The notes under the pieces are model-generated. The model had not been told where the DNA came from. It made no database searches and saw nothing but the letters and a program-made list of their open reading frames with translations. Shown piece by piece: positions 19,271-28,790 of a DNA stretch of 64,000 bases (positions are counted from its first letter, which is position 1; every line of letters begins with the position of its first letter). The position numbers were made by a program, and so were the translations under genes. Source of the DNA: Candidatus Bathyarchaeota archaeon (GTDB taxonomy: Archaea > Thermoproteota > Bathyarchaeia > Bathyarchaeales > Bathycorpusculaceae); contig CAVTBV010000016.1 in NCBI GenBank assembly GCA_963733095.1, positions 114,985-178,984 of the forward strand, read 5' to 3'.

Positions 19271-19849
19271 ATGACAGTAGCTCAAAATGTGAGAAGCCAT
19301 CTGCGAAACAAACCCTATCTACTCGAAGCCCTAGAAAAAGGAATAGTCAACCTAAGCGAGCTCTCACGACAAATCCAAAAAGAACTAAAAACCGACGACA
19401 CCAGCGCCATAAAAGCCGCCCTACGCCGCTACTCAGAAGAACTGCAAAAACACAAACAGAAAAGAGAAGAAAAAGTGCTGGCACTTCTCAAACGCAGCAA
19501 CATAGCTGTTTACGACCGAAAAGCCGTCATGATAACAGGCAAAGAACTACAGACAAAGACAGGCATGAAAGTTGATTTACTGGACAAATTCGTTTACCTG
19601 CTGGACCGTAGCGATATGCCTGAGCGAATAAGCACGCTTGTAAAACATGAAAACTGCACGATGATTGTTGTACACTCACCTGAGGAATTGGAAGCTACGC
19701 CGGGAGTTGTTGCGTTTTTAGCAACCTTACTTGCGGAACAAAATGTGAACATTGTGGAGTTCATCTCCTGCTGGACTGAGACCATTATGGTGGTTGAGAA
19801 AAAAGACAGCTTGAAAACCTACGAGGTTTTGTCGAATCTGGTGGGCTAA
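19271..19849 (+). CDS. ACT-domain protein with putative N-terminal DNA-binding helices (possible amino-acid-responsive regulator)
   Basis: GIVNLSELSR...AIKAALRR N-terminus; C-terminal ACT (TPGVVAFL..LLAEQNVNIVEFISCWTE). Divergent from argG. Confidence 0.7.
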   Translation: MTVAQNVRSHLRNKPYLLEALEKGIVNLSELSRQIQKELKTDDTSAIKAALRRYSEELQKHKQKREEKVLALLKRSNIAVYDRKAVMITGKELQTKTGMKVDLLDKFVYLLDRSDMPERISTLVKHENCTMIVVHSPEELEATPGVVAFLATLLAEQNVNIVEFISCWTETIMVVEKKDSLKTYEVLSNLVG

Positions 19850-19935
19850 GTTTGGCAAAAAGTTGTAGCAAAATTAATAATGTTTACTGCGGGAATAAAG
19901 CGCATTAGCCGCTTAACCAATGGAGATGCAAATGA

Positions 19936-21186
19936 ATGGTTCATCAAGAATGCATAAACTGCAAAACAACCTACGGTATAGATGAGATTGTTTACTTCTG
20001 CAAAAAATGTGGAGATATTCTGGAGATAAAGTTTGACTTCAAAGAGTTATCGGAGACTCTCAAAGAAAGCGGTTGGCTAAGCAAGCCCCTTTCGGTTTGG
20101 CGTTACCGCGACTTTATGCCAATCCATGAAGCCACAAAAATAGTCACCTTAAACGAAGGCGGTACAGGATTGCACCGTTCGGAACGGTTAGGTTCAGAGT
20201 TAGGACTCAAAAACCTCTACGTCAAAAACGAGGGTGAAAACCCCACCGGCAGCTTCAAAGACAGAGGCATGACTGTTGGCGTAACAAAAGCAGTGGAACT
20301 CGGTGCAAGACACGTTATCTGTGCATCAACAGGTAATACATCTGCAAGCCTGGCCGCCTACGCCGCACGTGCAGGAATAAAATGCACCGTCCTCATTCCT
20401 TCAGGCAAAATTGCTTACGGCAAACTCTCCCAAGCCATGATTCACGGTGCTAAAGTCCTCCAAGTCAAAGGAAACTTTGATGAAGCTTTAGAGTTCGTGC
20501 TAAAGCTTGCCGAGAAACATAAGAGCATTTACCTGTTGAACTCAATTAATCCGTTCCGTATTGAAGGACAAAAGTCTCTCGGCTTCGAAATCTGCGAGCA
20601 ACTAAACAACGATGCGCCAGATCGCATAATAGTCCCAGTTGGCAACGCAGGAAACATAAGTGCCATCTGGAAAGGTCTAAGCGAATTCTACCGGCTTGGC
20701 TATATAAAAAATTTGCCCAAAATGACGGGAATACAAGCCGCAGGTTCTTCACCGATTGCCCAGATGATTAAAACTAACAGCGACAAAATCATCCCTGTAG
20801 AGCATCCTGAAACGGTGGCAACAGCGATCCGTATTGGTGCGCCTGTAAGCTGGAAAAAAGCCGTTAACGCCATCCACGAATCACACGGAACCGCCGAAAC
20901 CGTTACAGACGACGAAATCTTGGATGCTCAAAAAATCCTTGCCCGAATCGAAGGAATATTTGTTGAGCCCGCAAGTGCTTCATCCATCGCTGGCTTAAAG
21001 AAACTGGTCCAAAATGGCGTGATTAGCAAGGATGAGCGGGTTGTCTGTGTTACTACGGGTCATGGGCTCAAAGACCCCGATACTGCAGTTAAGATGAGTG
21101 AGAAGCCAGTTGAGGTTGACGCAAATATTTCAGCCATTGAAGATGCATTGGGCTTATCGAAACAAAAAGTGATTCTTGCACGGTGA
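19936..21186 (+). CDS. thrC: Threonine synthase
   Basis: NPTGSFKDRG PLP lysine, ASTGNTSAS, PVGNAGN, TGHGLKDP. Confidence 0.96.
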   Translation: MVHQECINCKTTYGIDEIVYFCKKCGDILEIKFDFKELSETLKESGWLSKPLSVWRYRDFMPIHEATKIVTLNEGGTGLHRSERLGSELGLKNLYVKNEGENPTGSFKDRGMTVGVTKAVELGARHVICASTGNTSASLAAYAARAGIKCTVLIPSGKIAYGKLSQAMIHGAKVLQVKGNFDEALEFVLKLAEKHKSIYLLNSINPFRIEGQKSLGFEICEQLNNDAPDRIIVPVGNAGNISAIWKGLSEFYRLGYIKNLPKMTGIQAAGSSPIAQMIKTNSDKIIPVEHPETVATAIRIGAPVSWKKAVNAIHESHGTAETVTDDEILDAQKILARIEGIFVEPASASSIAGLKKLVQNGVISKDERVVCVTTGHGLKDPDTAVKMSEKPVEVDANISAIEDALGLSKQKVILAR

Positions 21187-21192
21187 TATGAA

Positions 21193-22221
21193 ATGAGGAT
21201 TATTTTAGTTGGCTACGGCGTAGTCGGAAAAGGCGTAACCACCATTCTGACCCACCGATCCGTAGAAAAAGTCAAGGATTACGGGTTTAACCCAAAGATT
21301 GTTGCAATCGCAGACATAGACGGCGCAGTAATTAACCCTCGAGGTTTAAGCCCTGAGAAACTGGAAGCAATTAAACAGCGCGGGTATCCAATTTCTTCAG
21401 ACCCCGATTTTGGGCAAAAAGGAATCTCTGCGTTAGACGTAATTGAGTCGGTTGAAGCAGAAGTGGTCGTTGAAGTCACCCCCGTCAACATCAAGAACGG
21501 TGAACCAGCCCTATCACACATAACTAAAGCGTTCAAAACGGGCAAACATGTCGTAACAACCAACAAGGGACCATTAGCCCTAGCCATGCCAGCCCTCACA
21601 GAACTCGCTGAGTACAACAATGTTTACTTGCGGTTCAGCGGCACAGTCGGTGGCGGAACGCCCATGCTTGAATTCGCCAAAAGATGCCTCGCAGGAGATA
21701 AAATTCTTGCGATACGCGGCATACTAAACGGCACAACTAACTATATCCTAACGGAGATGACTCAAAACCGAGTGAATTTCCAAGATGCCCTCGCAAACGC
21801 GCAGAAGCTCGGTTACGCCGAGAGGGAACCATCTATGGATATTGATGGGTTTGATACTGCCTGCAAAGTTGTCATTTTGTCAAACTGGATAATGAACAAA
21901 AAAATAACCCTAAAAGATGTAGATCGAACAGGAATCCGCGACGTGGCTTTGCAAGCTCTTGATGAAGCTTCAAAGAGAGGCAACACAATCAAACTCATCG
22001 GCGCGATCGACGACGATAAAGTATCAGTGAAGCCGACGGAAATCCCCAAAAACAACCCTCTATGTGTCAGCGGAGTACTAAACGCCATAACTTTCTCAAC
22101 CGAATATGCGGGAGAACAAACACTTATCGGCAGAGGTGCAGGCGGCGTTGAGACTGCCAGTGCAGTTTTAAGGGACCTTTTAGATATAAGACGTAAACTA
22201 GCAACCAAACTACTAAACTAA
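21193..22221 (+). CDS. hom: Homoserine dehydrogenase
   Basis: GYGVVG, HVVTTNKGP, GILNGTTNYIL, GRGAGGVETA. Confidence 0.95.
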   Translation: MRIILVGYGVVGKGVTTILTHRSVEKVKDYGFNPKIVAIADIDGAVINPRGLSPEKLEAIKQRGYPISSDPDFGQKGISALDVIESVEAEVVVEVTPVNIKNGEPALSHITKAFKTGKHVVTTNKGPLALAMPALTELAEYNNVYLRFSGTVGGGTPMLEFAKRCLAGDKILAIRGILNGTTNYILTEMTQNRVNFQDALANAQKLGYAEREPSMDIDGFDTACKVVILSNWIMNKKITLKDVDRTGIRDVALQALDEASKRGNTIKLIGAIDDDKVSVKPTEIPKNNPLCVSGVLNAITFSTEYAGEQTLIGRGAGGVETASAVLRDLLDIRRKLATKLLN

Positions 22222-22236
22222 AAAAGGCTGAATAAA

Positions 22237-23649
22237 ATGAAAAAGATAGTGATGAAGTTCGGAGGAACCAGCGTTGGCACCGGCGAAAACATACGTCATG
22301 TAGCTGACCTTGTTTCACAATACATCAATGACGATTGCAGAGTTGCCGTTGTTGTTTCAGCGTTGGCAGGCGTTACTAACAACTTGATCGAGGTTGCTTG
22401 CCAAGCAAAGAAAAGCGACGAAAAAAACATCGAAACCTTCACAAAAACACTACTCCAAAAGCATCAAGAAGCAATCTCAACCGCCATAAGGAATAAACAA
22501 ATTCAAAAAGAAGTCGCCCAAATCACCGAAAAAACAATTTCTGAACTAGAAAAAGTACTAACAGGCATATGCTACGTCGGTGAACTTACACCAAAATCCA
22601 AAGACTACGTCTCCTCTTTTGGAGAACGCTTATCTGCACCGATCGTTTGGGGCGCCATAAAAGATCACAAACTTGAATCCCAGTGTTTAACAGGTAAAGA
22701 AGCAGGCATCGTTACGGATTCAAACTTTGGCGAAGCCAACCCACTAATGAACTTCACCACCCACCTGATCCGCGAACGAGTCATCCCTCTTCTAGAGAAG
22801 GGGACGATTCCAGTGATCACAGGTTTCATTGCAGCCAACCAAGATGGCGTCGTCACCACTGTTGGACGCGGAGGCTCAGATTACACTGCAACCATCGTTG
22901 GCGTGGCAGTTCAAGCTGATGAAGTTTGGATATGGACAGACGTCGACGGTATAATGACCACGGACCCCAAAATTGTCCCATCCGCCCGAATGCTGCCTCA
23001 GCTTAGTTATCAAGAAGCTGCGGAAATGGCAATTTTCGGCGCAAAAGCCATGCACCCACGCGCACTCGGACCGGTAATAAAAGAAAACATCCCTGTCAGG
23101 ATACGCAGCGTTTTCCACCCAGAAAACCCAGGCACCCTGATAACCAAGGAACCTAACGCCAAAGTAAAAGAAGCAGTCAAAGCAGTTGCCATGATAAAGG
23201 ACGTTGCCATGCTCAACGTTAACGGCGCAGCAATGGTGGGAGCTCCAGGAAGCTACGCCAAAGTATTCGATGTCCTTGGCAAGAACAACATAAACGTCAT
23301 GATGATTTCCACTGCGGTTTCAGAAGCCAACATCTCCATGATAATCAAGCGGGGACTCTTAGGAAGGGCAATCAGCAACCTCGAAATCGCCCTGCTTGAA
23401 CGAGGCGGAGTTGTAAGCGAAATTTCAGCCGAAGACGACGTTGCGGTAATCGCAGTTATGGGCGCCAACATGAAAGGCACACTTGGTGTAGCATCAAGAA
23501 TCTTTAACACAGTCGCCAAGAAAGGAATCAACATCCGCATGATTGCACAAGGCAGCTCTGAGCTAAACATATCGTTTGTCGTCAAAGAGAAGGACGGAGT
23601 AGCCGTCGTCCGAGCGATGCATGAAGAGTTCAAATTAGACAAAAACTAA
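22237..23649 (+). CDS. lysC: Aspartate kinase paralog 2 with two ACT domains
   Basis: MKFGGTSV, GRGGSDYTA, WTDVDGIMTTDP, QGSSELNISF. Confidence 0.95.
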   Translation: MKKIVMKFGGTSVGTGENIRHVADLVSQYINDDCRVAVVVSALAGVTNNLIEVACQAKKSDEKNIETFTKTLLQKHQEAISTAIRNKQIQKEVAQITEKTISELEKVLTGICYVGELTPKSKDYVSSFGERLSAPIVWGAIKDHKLESQCLTGKEAGIVTDSNFGEANPLMNFTTHLIRERVIPLLEKGTIPVITGFIAANQDGVVTTVGRGGSDYTATIVGVAVQADEVWIWTDVDGIMTTDPKIVPSARMLPQLSYQEAAEMAIFGAKAMHPRALGPVIKENIPVRIRSVFHPENPGTLITKEPNAKVKEAVKAVAMIKDVAMLNVNGAAMVGAPGSYAKVFDVLGKNNINVMMISTAVSEANISMIIKRGLLGRAISNLEIALLERGGVVSEISAEDDVAVIAVMGANMKGTLGVASRIFNTVAKKGINIRMIAQGSSELNISFVVKEKDGVAVVRAMHEEFKLDKN

Positions 23650-23730
23650 TTCTCTCGCTAATTTTTTCCATTCTTATTAAGATTAATTAATTATTACGTT
23701 CTAACAGAGTAATCAGAGATAAGGGATTCT

Positions 23731-24048
23731 ATGGAAACAAGATCTAAAAAATTTTATTTCCAAGAAATGGATTGGATAATCAGCTTTCCAGCCGCGGGAA
23801 ATGAAGGAAGAAAATACCTTTTCTACGCCGTGCACTTTATCGACAAAAGAAATAAGCGGAGCAACCTCCACGCAGTTCTAGCGGATATTGTGGATAGCCC
23901 AATGTTTGAAAATGGATATCCCTACACCGTCGGTTTCTTTAGAGACCCCATCGACGAAGAAGGCAATTTTGAAGCGCGCTACCTAGAACTAAGAATTATT
24001 AGGTGTATCGAGGATTTCTGGAAGTTCCTAAACGACTTGAACATCTAA
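23731..24048 (+). CDS. Hypothetical protein
   Basis: 105-aa ATG ORF filling an intergenic gap; ends convergent with the next gene. Confidence 0.5.
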   Translation: METRSKKFYFQEMDWIISFPAAGNEGRKYLFYAVHFIDKRNKRSNLHAVLADIVDSPMFENGYPYTVGFFRDPIDEEGNFEARYLELRIIRCIEDFWKFLNDLNI

Positions 24049-26693
24049 GGAACCAAAGTCAAAGACATAAAAATAGAATATTCATCTTCCGATTTAGCTG
24101 TGAAGCCTTTGTTACCGCATAAATTAAGCATCTTTTTATTTTCAGGACTAACATCGCTGTAAATCGATTCTAATTTCAGGTCCTTCCCAATGTCTAAGAT
24201 ATAGTCCATAAGTTTTGAGCCCAACCCTAACCCATGCCACGAATCACTCACCATAACAGCGAATTCACCCTTTTTTCTTTCAGCATCAAAAATCAACCTC
24301 ACAACCCCAATAAGACTCCGGTCATCGAGCTCGGCGACTATAGCGATTTCTCGGTCATAATCGAGATTGCAGTACCTAGACAAAGTATCATGCGACATTT
24401 CCTTTATGGTTTCAAAAAACCTGAATCGCACACTCTGCACAGATAAGGATTTGAAGAGGGCATCGAATCTCTTTTCGTCCTCAGGCTTTATTGGTCGAAG
24501 TGTCACTTTCACGCCGTTTTTTAGAGTTCGCTTTGTAACGTATTTTTTGGGGTAGGGTGCAATAACCAAGTTTTCGGGGTGTTCAGCTCCTGGGCGTAAA
24601 AACCTCTGCAAATCAATAGCGATTTGCGCATCAACTACACATGCCTTGCTGTCCTTAATGATTATGGGGTTTATGTCAATCTTTCGTATCTCAGGAAAAT
24701 CAACAACAAGCTGAGAGAACCTAATCATGATTTCTTCAATTGATCCAGTTTCAAGCTGATTAGCGCACGCGTCTTTGCAATACTGCAGCGCTTTAGTGTT
24801 TTCCATAATTTGGCGAGCAAGAACCTGATTTAGCGGCGGAAAACCAACGCTCAGTTCCCTGTCTTTTTCGACTAAAGCGCCTCCTGTTCCCAAACTTATA
24901 ATTGAACCAAACTGAGGGTCTTTTCTTGATCCTAAAAATAGTCTGCATGGGGCGTGTAGAATTTTTGGTTGGATTGCAACTCCTTGGAATTCCGTTGTTT
25001 GCTCGCTCTCATCGAATAACTGTTGGAAGTGGAAGCTGAGTTGGGCAGGAGAAAAAACATCGTAGACAAGGCTTTGAGTTTCGTTTTTAACGCTATATTG
25101 TGAATTTAGGGTTTTCATAACTATTGGGTAACCGAGTTGGGAAGCGAAAGCGGTTGATTCTTCGGCGGTTTTAGCGATTAGCGTTTTTACGGTAGGTATC
25201 TTGTAGGCTGCCAAGAATTGGAGAGACTCAGTTAAGTTTAGAGTCTCTCTACCCTCGCTGAATGCATGCCTCAAAATCCCCTTAAGATAGGTTGGTGAGG
25301 TCTGGTCTACAGGAATTTCTTCGGGAGTTTGGTAGAGCAACTCTAAGTTTTGTGTGCGGGTGTAAATGTTCATGAATGTTCTGACGGCTTCCTGAGGGGT
25401 TCGGAAGGCTGGAACACCGTTTCTATGCAGAGTTCTTCTTGCTTCTTGGCATTTGGGGTCTTCGCCCATAAGGCAAACGAAGATGTTTTTTCGTGTTTGC
25501 TTGGCAGAATCTATGACTATATTGGCTAAGCTGAGCGGGTCGGTTATTCCTGTTGGAGCATAAATTACAAGAAGGTTGCTGTTTGAGTTATCGTCTATAC
25601 AGGTTTGTAGTACCTTTTGATATCTTTCAGGAGGGGCTTCCTCTAAAAGGTCGATTGGATTTGTTAAGTCGCAGTAGTAGGGTAGAATGCTTCTCAGGGC
25701 TTGGGAAGTCGAATCATTTATTTCTGCGAGCTTGCCGCCCCGCCTGTTTATCTGGTCTAAAGCCATCAAAGCTGGGCCACCCGCGTTTGTTATGATGATT
25801 AAGTCGGGAACAGTTGGGCTTGACTGCATCGATAGAGTCTTGGCGCAGTCAAAAAGACCGTTAATCGTCTCAACCCGAACGATACCGCATCTCCGAAACG
25901 CCGCATCATGCAGGGCTTCGTTTAGTTGACTCGTGTCCGAGATTGCAAGATGCCGATTTTCATCTGTCTGGTTAGGTTTTACAATGATTATGGGTTTTGT
26001 TTTTGCATAGCCCCTTGCTGCACTCATGAAACTTCTTGCATTCTTTATCGACTCAACGTAGAGCATTATGATTCGTGTTTGAGGGTCATTTCCAAAATAT
26101 TCGATTAAATCGCTAAAGTTAATATCAATCGTCGAGCCAGTTGAGACAATAGCGCTGAGTCCAACTTGAGTTTCCAAGGACCAATCCAATGCTGAACCGC
26201 AAAAAGCTCCGCTCTGGGATATGAAAGCAATTTTTCCGGGGCACGCTTTCTTTTCTGCAAAGGTTGCGTACAGATTTGAATTTGGTCGTATGATGCCAAA
26301 GCTGTTTGGCCCTATTATTCTCATGCCATAGGTGCGTTTACAATCTAAAATTCTCCGTGTAAGTTCCAGACCGTTTGTACTGCATTCATCAAAACCAGCA
26401 GAAACAATAACCGTATTCAAAACGCCAGTTCTGGCACATTCCTCAACAAGTTGAGGAACGGTGTGGGCTGGAGTTGCTATGATTGCAAGATCTACTTTTG
26501 ATGGCACACGGTCTATGCTTGGATAGGCAACGAGTCCTTGGACGGTTTGCCTAAAAGAATTGACTGGAAAAATTTTCCCCCAATATGTCCCGATTAAGTT
26601 GCGGAGTATTCGGGTTCCTAAGGAATCAACCCGTTCACTTGCCCCAATAACAGCGATTGCTTGGGGACTGAAAAACCCTTTAAGATTTCCTAT
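24045..26693 (-). CDS. Pat/PatZ-type protein lysine acetyltransferase (acyl-CoA synthetase-like + ATP-grasp + C-terminal GNAT); probable ATA start
   Basis: Upstream extension IGNLKGFFSPQAIAVIGAS; IIGPNSFG, SQSGA, TNAGG; C-terminal LRPIKPED...RFF...DYDREIA...WHGLGLG. Confidence 0.85.
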   Translation of the reverse strand: MGNLKGFFSPQAIAVIGASERVDSLGTRILRNLIGTYWGKIFPVNSFRQTVQGLVAYPSIDRVPSKVDLAIIATPAHTVPQLVEECARTGVLNTVIVSAGFDECSTNGLELTRRILDCKRTYGMRIIGPNSFGIIRPNSNLYATFAEKKACPGKIAFISQSGAFCGSALDWSLETQVGLSAIVSTGSTIDINFSDLIEYFGNDPQTRIIMLYVESIKNARSFMSAARGYAKTKPIIIVKPNQTDENRHLAISDTSQLNEALHDAAFRRCGIVRVETINGLFDCAKTLSMQSSPTVPDLIIITNAGGPALMALDQINRRGGKLAEINDSTSQALRSILPYYCDLTNPIDLLEEAPPERYQKVLQTCIDDNSNSNLLVIYAPTGITDPLSLANIVIDSAKQTRKNIFVCLMGEDPKCQEARRTLHRNGVPAFRTPQEAVRTFMNIYTRTQNLELLYQTPEEIPVDQTSPTYLKGILRHAFSEGRETLNLTESLQFLAAYKIPTVKTLIAKTAEESTAFASQLGYPIVMKTLNSQYSVKNETQSLVYDVFSPAQLSFHFQQLFDESEQTTEFQGVAIQPKILHAPCRLFLGSRKDPQFGSIISLGTGGALVEKDRELSVGFPPLNQVLARQIMENTKALQYCKDACANQLETGSIEEIMIRFSQLVVDFPEIRKIDINPIIIKDSKACVVDAQIAIDLQRFLRPGAEHPENLVIAPYPKKYVTKRTLKNGVKVTLRPIKPEDEKRFDALFKSLSVQSVRFRFFETIKEMSHDTLSRYCNLDYDREIAIVAELDDRSLIGVVRLIFDAERKKGEFAVMVSDSWHGLGLGSKLMDYILDIGKDLKLESIYSDVSPENKKMLNLCGNKGFTAKSEDEYSIFMSLTLVP

Positions 26694-26742
26694 AAACCAT
26701 CGCTCCCCGTAATTTAGTGAGTGGGATTTCGGGAAATAAGGT

Positions 26743-28056
26743 TTAGGTTAAATCGATTTTTACCACGTGTGTGGAGCAGGATATGCAGGGGTCGTAGGCG
26801 CGAACTAACATTTCTAGGGTGAGTTCGATTTCTTTTTGCGTTTTGTTGAGAACTTGAGGTAGCAGTGCTTTCATGTCCAGTGAAATGTTGCCGTGGTTTT
26901 GATTGGTTGGGATTACACAATTGCCTTTGGTGCAAACTCCCTTGTCGTTGTAGGTGTAATCGTGGAACAGGATTCCTCTGGGTACTTCGACTGCTCCAAC
27001 GCCGCTTCCTGCCTTCACTTTTATGGTTGGATTGTTGTAGTCTGGTTGTGTTTTAAGTCCCGCGGCTTCAAGCTCATTGATTAGGCGTATAGAGTCTTCG
27101 ACGCTGTGAACCGTTTCAACCAACTGGGCAATACTATTCATGAACGGATTATAGCACAGGGGTTTGACGTCAAACATTTCTGCGACTGTTTGAGCTAGGG
27201 GTGAGAGTTTCTTGTAGTTGATGTTTAACCTAGCTAAAGCCCCCACCATGTAGGAGTCACGGGTATGCTTTGCCCATTTAGCTGTAGAGTGGGGAACGAC
27301 GTATTCGTTTGTGTATGCGAGATATTCATTGGTTGGAGCTGCACCCGTGTCAGTTGAAGCGATATCACCGTCGTAAAGTGCGTATTCATTTGGGTTTGTT
27401 AGCGCGATGAATTCTGTTTCTCTCTCAAAACTTGGGAAGTTGTCTGCTAAACTCTTAAACAGTCCAGCGACGGCTTGAAGGTTCGGAACAGCATCCTGCA
27501 GCTTTTGCCTCATAGCTACCAGTTCCCTCATTGAGGGAATTTTTGAGAAACCACCGGGGATTAGTCGCTGCGGATGAGTGGTTCTACCGCCGAGCAACTT
27601 TGACATTTCGTTTGCAGTTCGGTGAAGCTGGAGAACAATTTTTACTTCTGGCAAGTTTGTTGATGCAAGGGGAATAACTGAACCAACGCCCATTAAATCG
27701 GGAAGAACCAGAAAGCCCAGATGTAAAATGTGGCTCTGCATGTTCTCGGCGTGTAGAGCTAATTTTCGGAGTTTTAGGTCCTGTTCACTTATAGGTATGC
27801 CAAGAGCGGATTCAGTTGCTTTCAACGATGCAAGAGTGTGGCCGATGGAGCAGATACCGCAAATACGCGAAGTAATGTGGTGCAACTCATTCCAAGACCT
27901 TCCCACAACCATGGCTTCGAAGAAACGTGGCGCTTCAGGGATGCTCCATTCACATTTTTCTATCGCGCCATCTCTTATGGATACGTTGATGTTTCCGTGT
28001 CCTTCAACTCGTGTTATGTGATGGACATTTACGTCTACATTTTTAGTTTCACTCAT
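26743..28056 (-). CDS. hydA: Group 3b [NiFe]-hydrogenase (sulfhydrogenase) large subunit
   Basis: TRVEGHG, L1 RICGIC, EVPRG, L2 DPCISCSTH. ATG 28056 overlaps the upstream stop (ATGA). Confidence 0.93.
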   Translation of the reverse strand: MSETKNVDVNVHHITRVEGHGNINVSIRDGAIEKCEWSIPEAPRFFEAMVVGRSWNELHHITSRICGICSIGHTLASLKATESALGIPISEQDLKLRKLALHAENMQSHILHLGFLVLPDLMGVGSVIPLASTNLPEVKIVLQLHRTANEMSKLLGGRTTHPQRLIPGGFSKIPSMRELVAMRQKLQDAVPNLQAVAGLFKSLADNFPSFERETEFIALTNPNEYALYDGDIASTDTGAAPTNEYLAYTNEYVVPHSTAKWAKHTRDSYMVGALARLNINYKKLSPLAQTVAEMFDVKPLCYNPFMNSIAQLVETVHSVEDSIRLINELEAAGLKTQPDYNNPTIKVKAGSGVGAVEVPRGILFHDYTYNDKGVCTKGNCVIPTNQNHGNISLDMKALLPQVLNKTQKEIELTLEMLVRAYDPCISCSTHVVKIDLT

Positions 28057-28790
28057 CTTTTTGCCTCCTGCCAACCAAAATAAAGCCTAAACTTAGCTAT
28101 AGCATCATCAACTGTTTGACCGTACTTTATGAGAACTTCTTTTTGGGAATTCTCGTTTGGATTATCGACTAACCCGCGGCAGCCCCAACAAATTGTTCCC
28201 TCGTTAACGCAACATGAGTTGCAACCAGCCCTAGTAACTGTTCCAACGCAGTATTGACCACGTTCGAAAGCACAGACGTTTTCATTTTTTTTGCATTCAA
28301 CACAGACGGGATAGGTGGGTGTTTCAGGCTTCTTTCCCATTAGTAGCGATTTGACCACTTGCAAGAAATCTTCTCTATCAATTGGGCATCCATATACGTA
28401 TGCATCAACGGGGATTACTGCGTCGATGGGTCTTGCGGCGTAGGAGTCAAAAAGTCGTGCGTTTTCTCCATAAACCGTTTTTTTAACTGCATCTAAATCC
28501 TTGTAGTTTCTCAAAGAGTTGATGCCACCAATTGCAGCACAAGACCCGATTGCCACCACGATTTTGGCGTTTTTCCGTATTTGCTTTAGCCTGTCTTCAT
28601 CTTGCAATCTGGTACATGACCCTTCTACGAACGCGATAGCGTAGTCGTCACTTTGTTCCTTCATGACTTCTCTAAAGGTCACAACTTCCACTTGACCCAA
28701 AAGAGCCAGAAGGTCTTCTTCGAGGTTTGCAACTTGGAGCTGATCTCCTTCGCAACCTGCAAAATCAAAGAATGCAACTTTAGGTTTCAT
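28053..28790 (-). CDS. hydD: Group 3b hydrogenase small (delta) subunit
   Basis: GCEGD, VEGS, GSCAAIGG, GCP, CVEC, TRAGC, CWGCRG. Confidence 0.9.
   Translation of the reverse strand: MKPKVAFFDFAGCEGDQLQVANLEEDLLALLGQVEVVTFREVMKEQSDDYAIAFVEGSCTRLQDEDRLKQIRKNAKIVVAIGSCAAIGGINSLRNYKDLDAVKKTVYGENARLFDSYAARPIDAVIPVDAYVYGCPIDREDFLQVVKSLLMGKKPETPTYPVCVECKKNENVCAFERGQYCVGTVTRAGCNSCCVNEGTICWGCRGLVDNPNENSQKEVLIKYGQTVDDAIAKFRLYFGWQEAKR

Noticed and set aside
19855-19890. Third copy of the argG/lysW promoter motif before thrC
   Set aside because: Only a partial match (AAGTTGTA..AATGTTTA) with different spacing; compatible with chance in AT-rich DNA.
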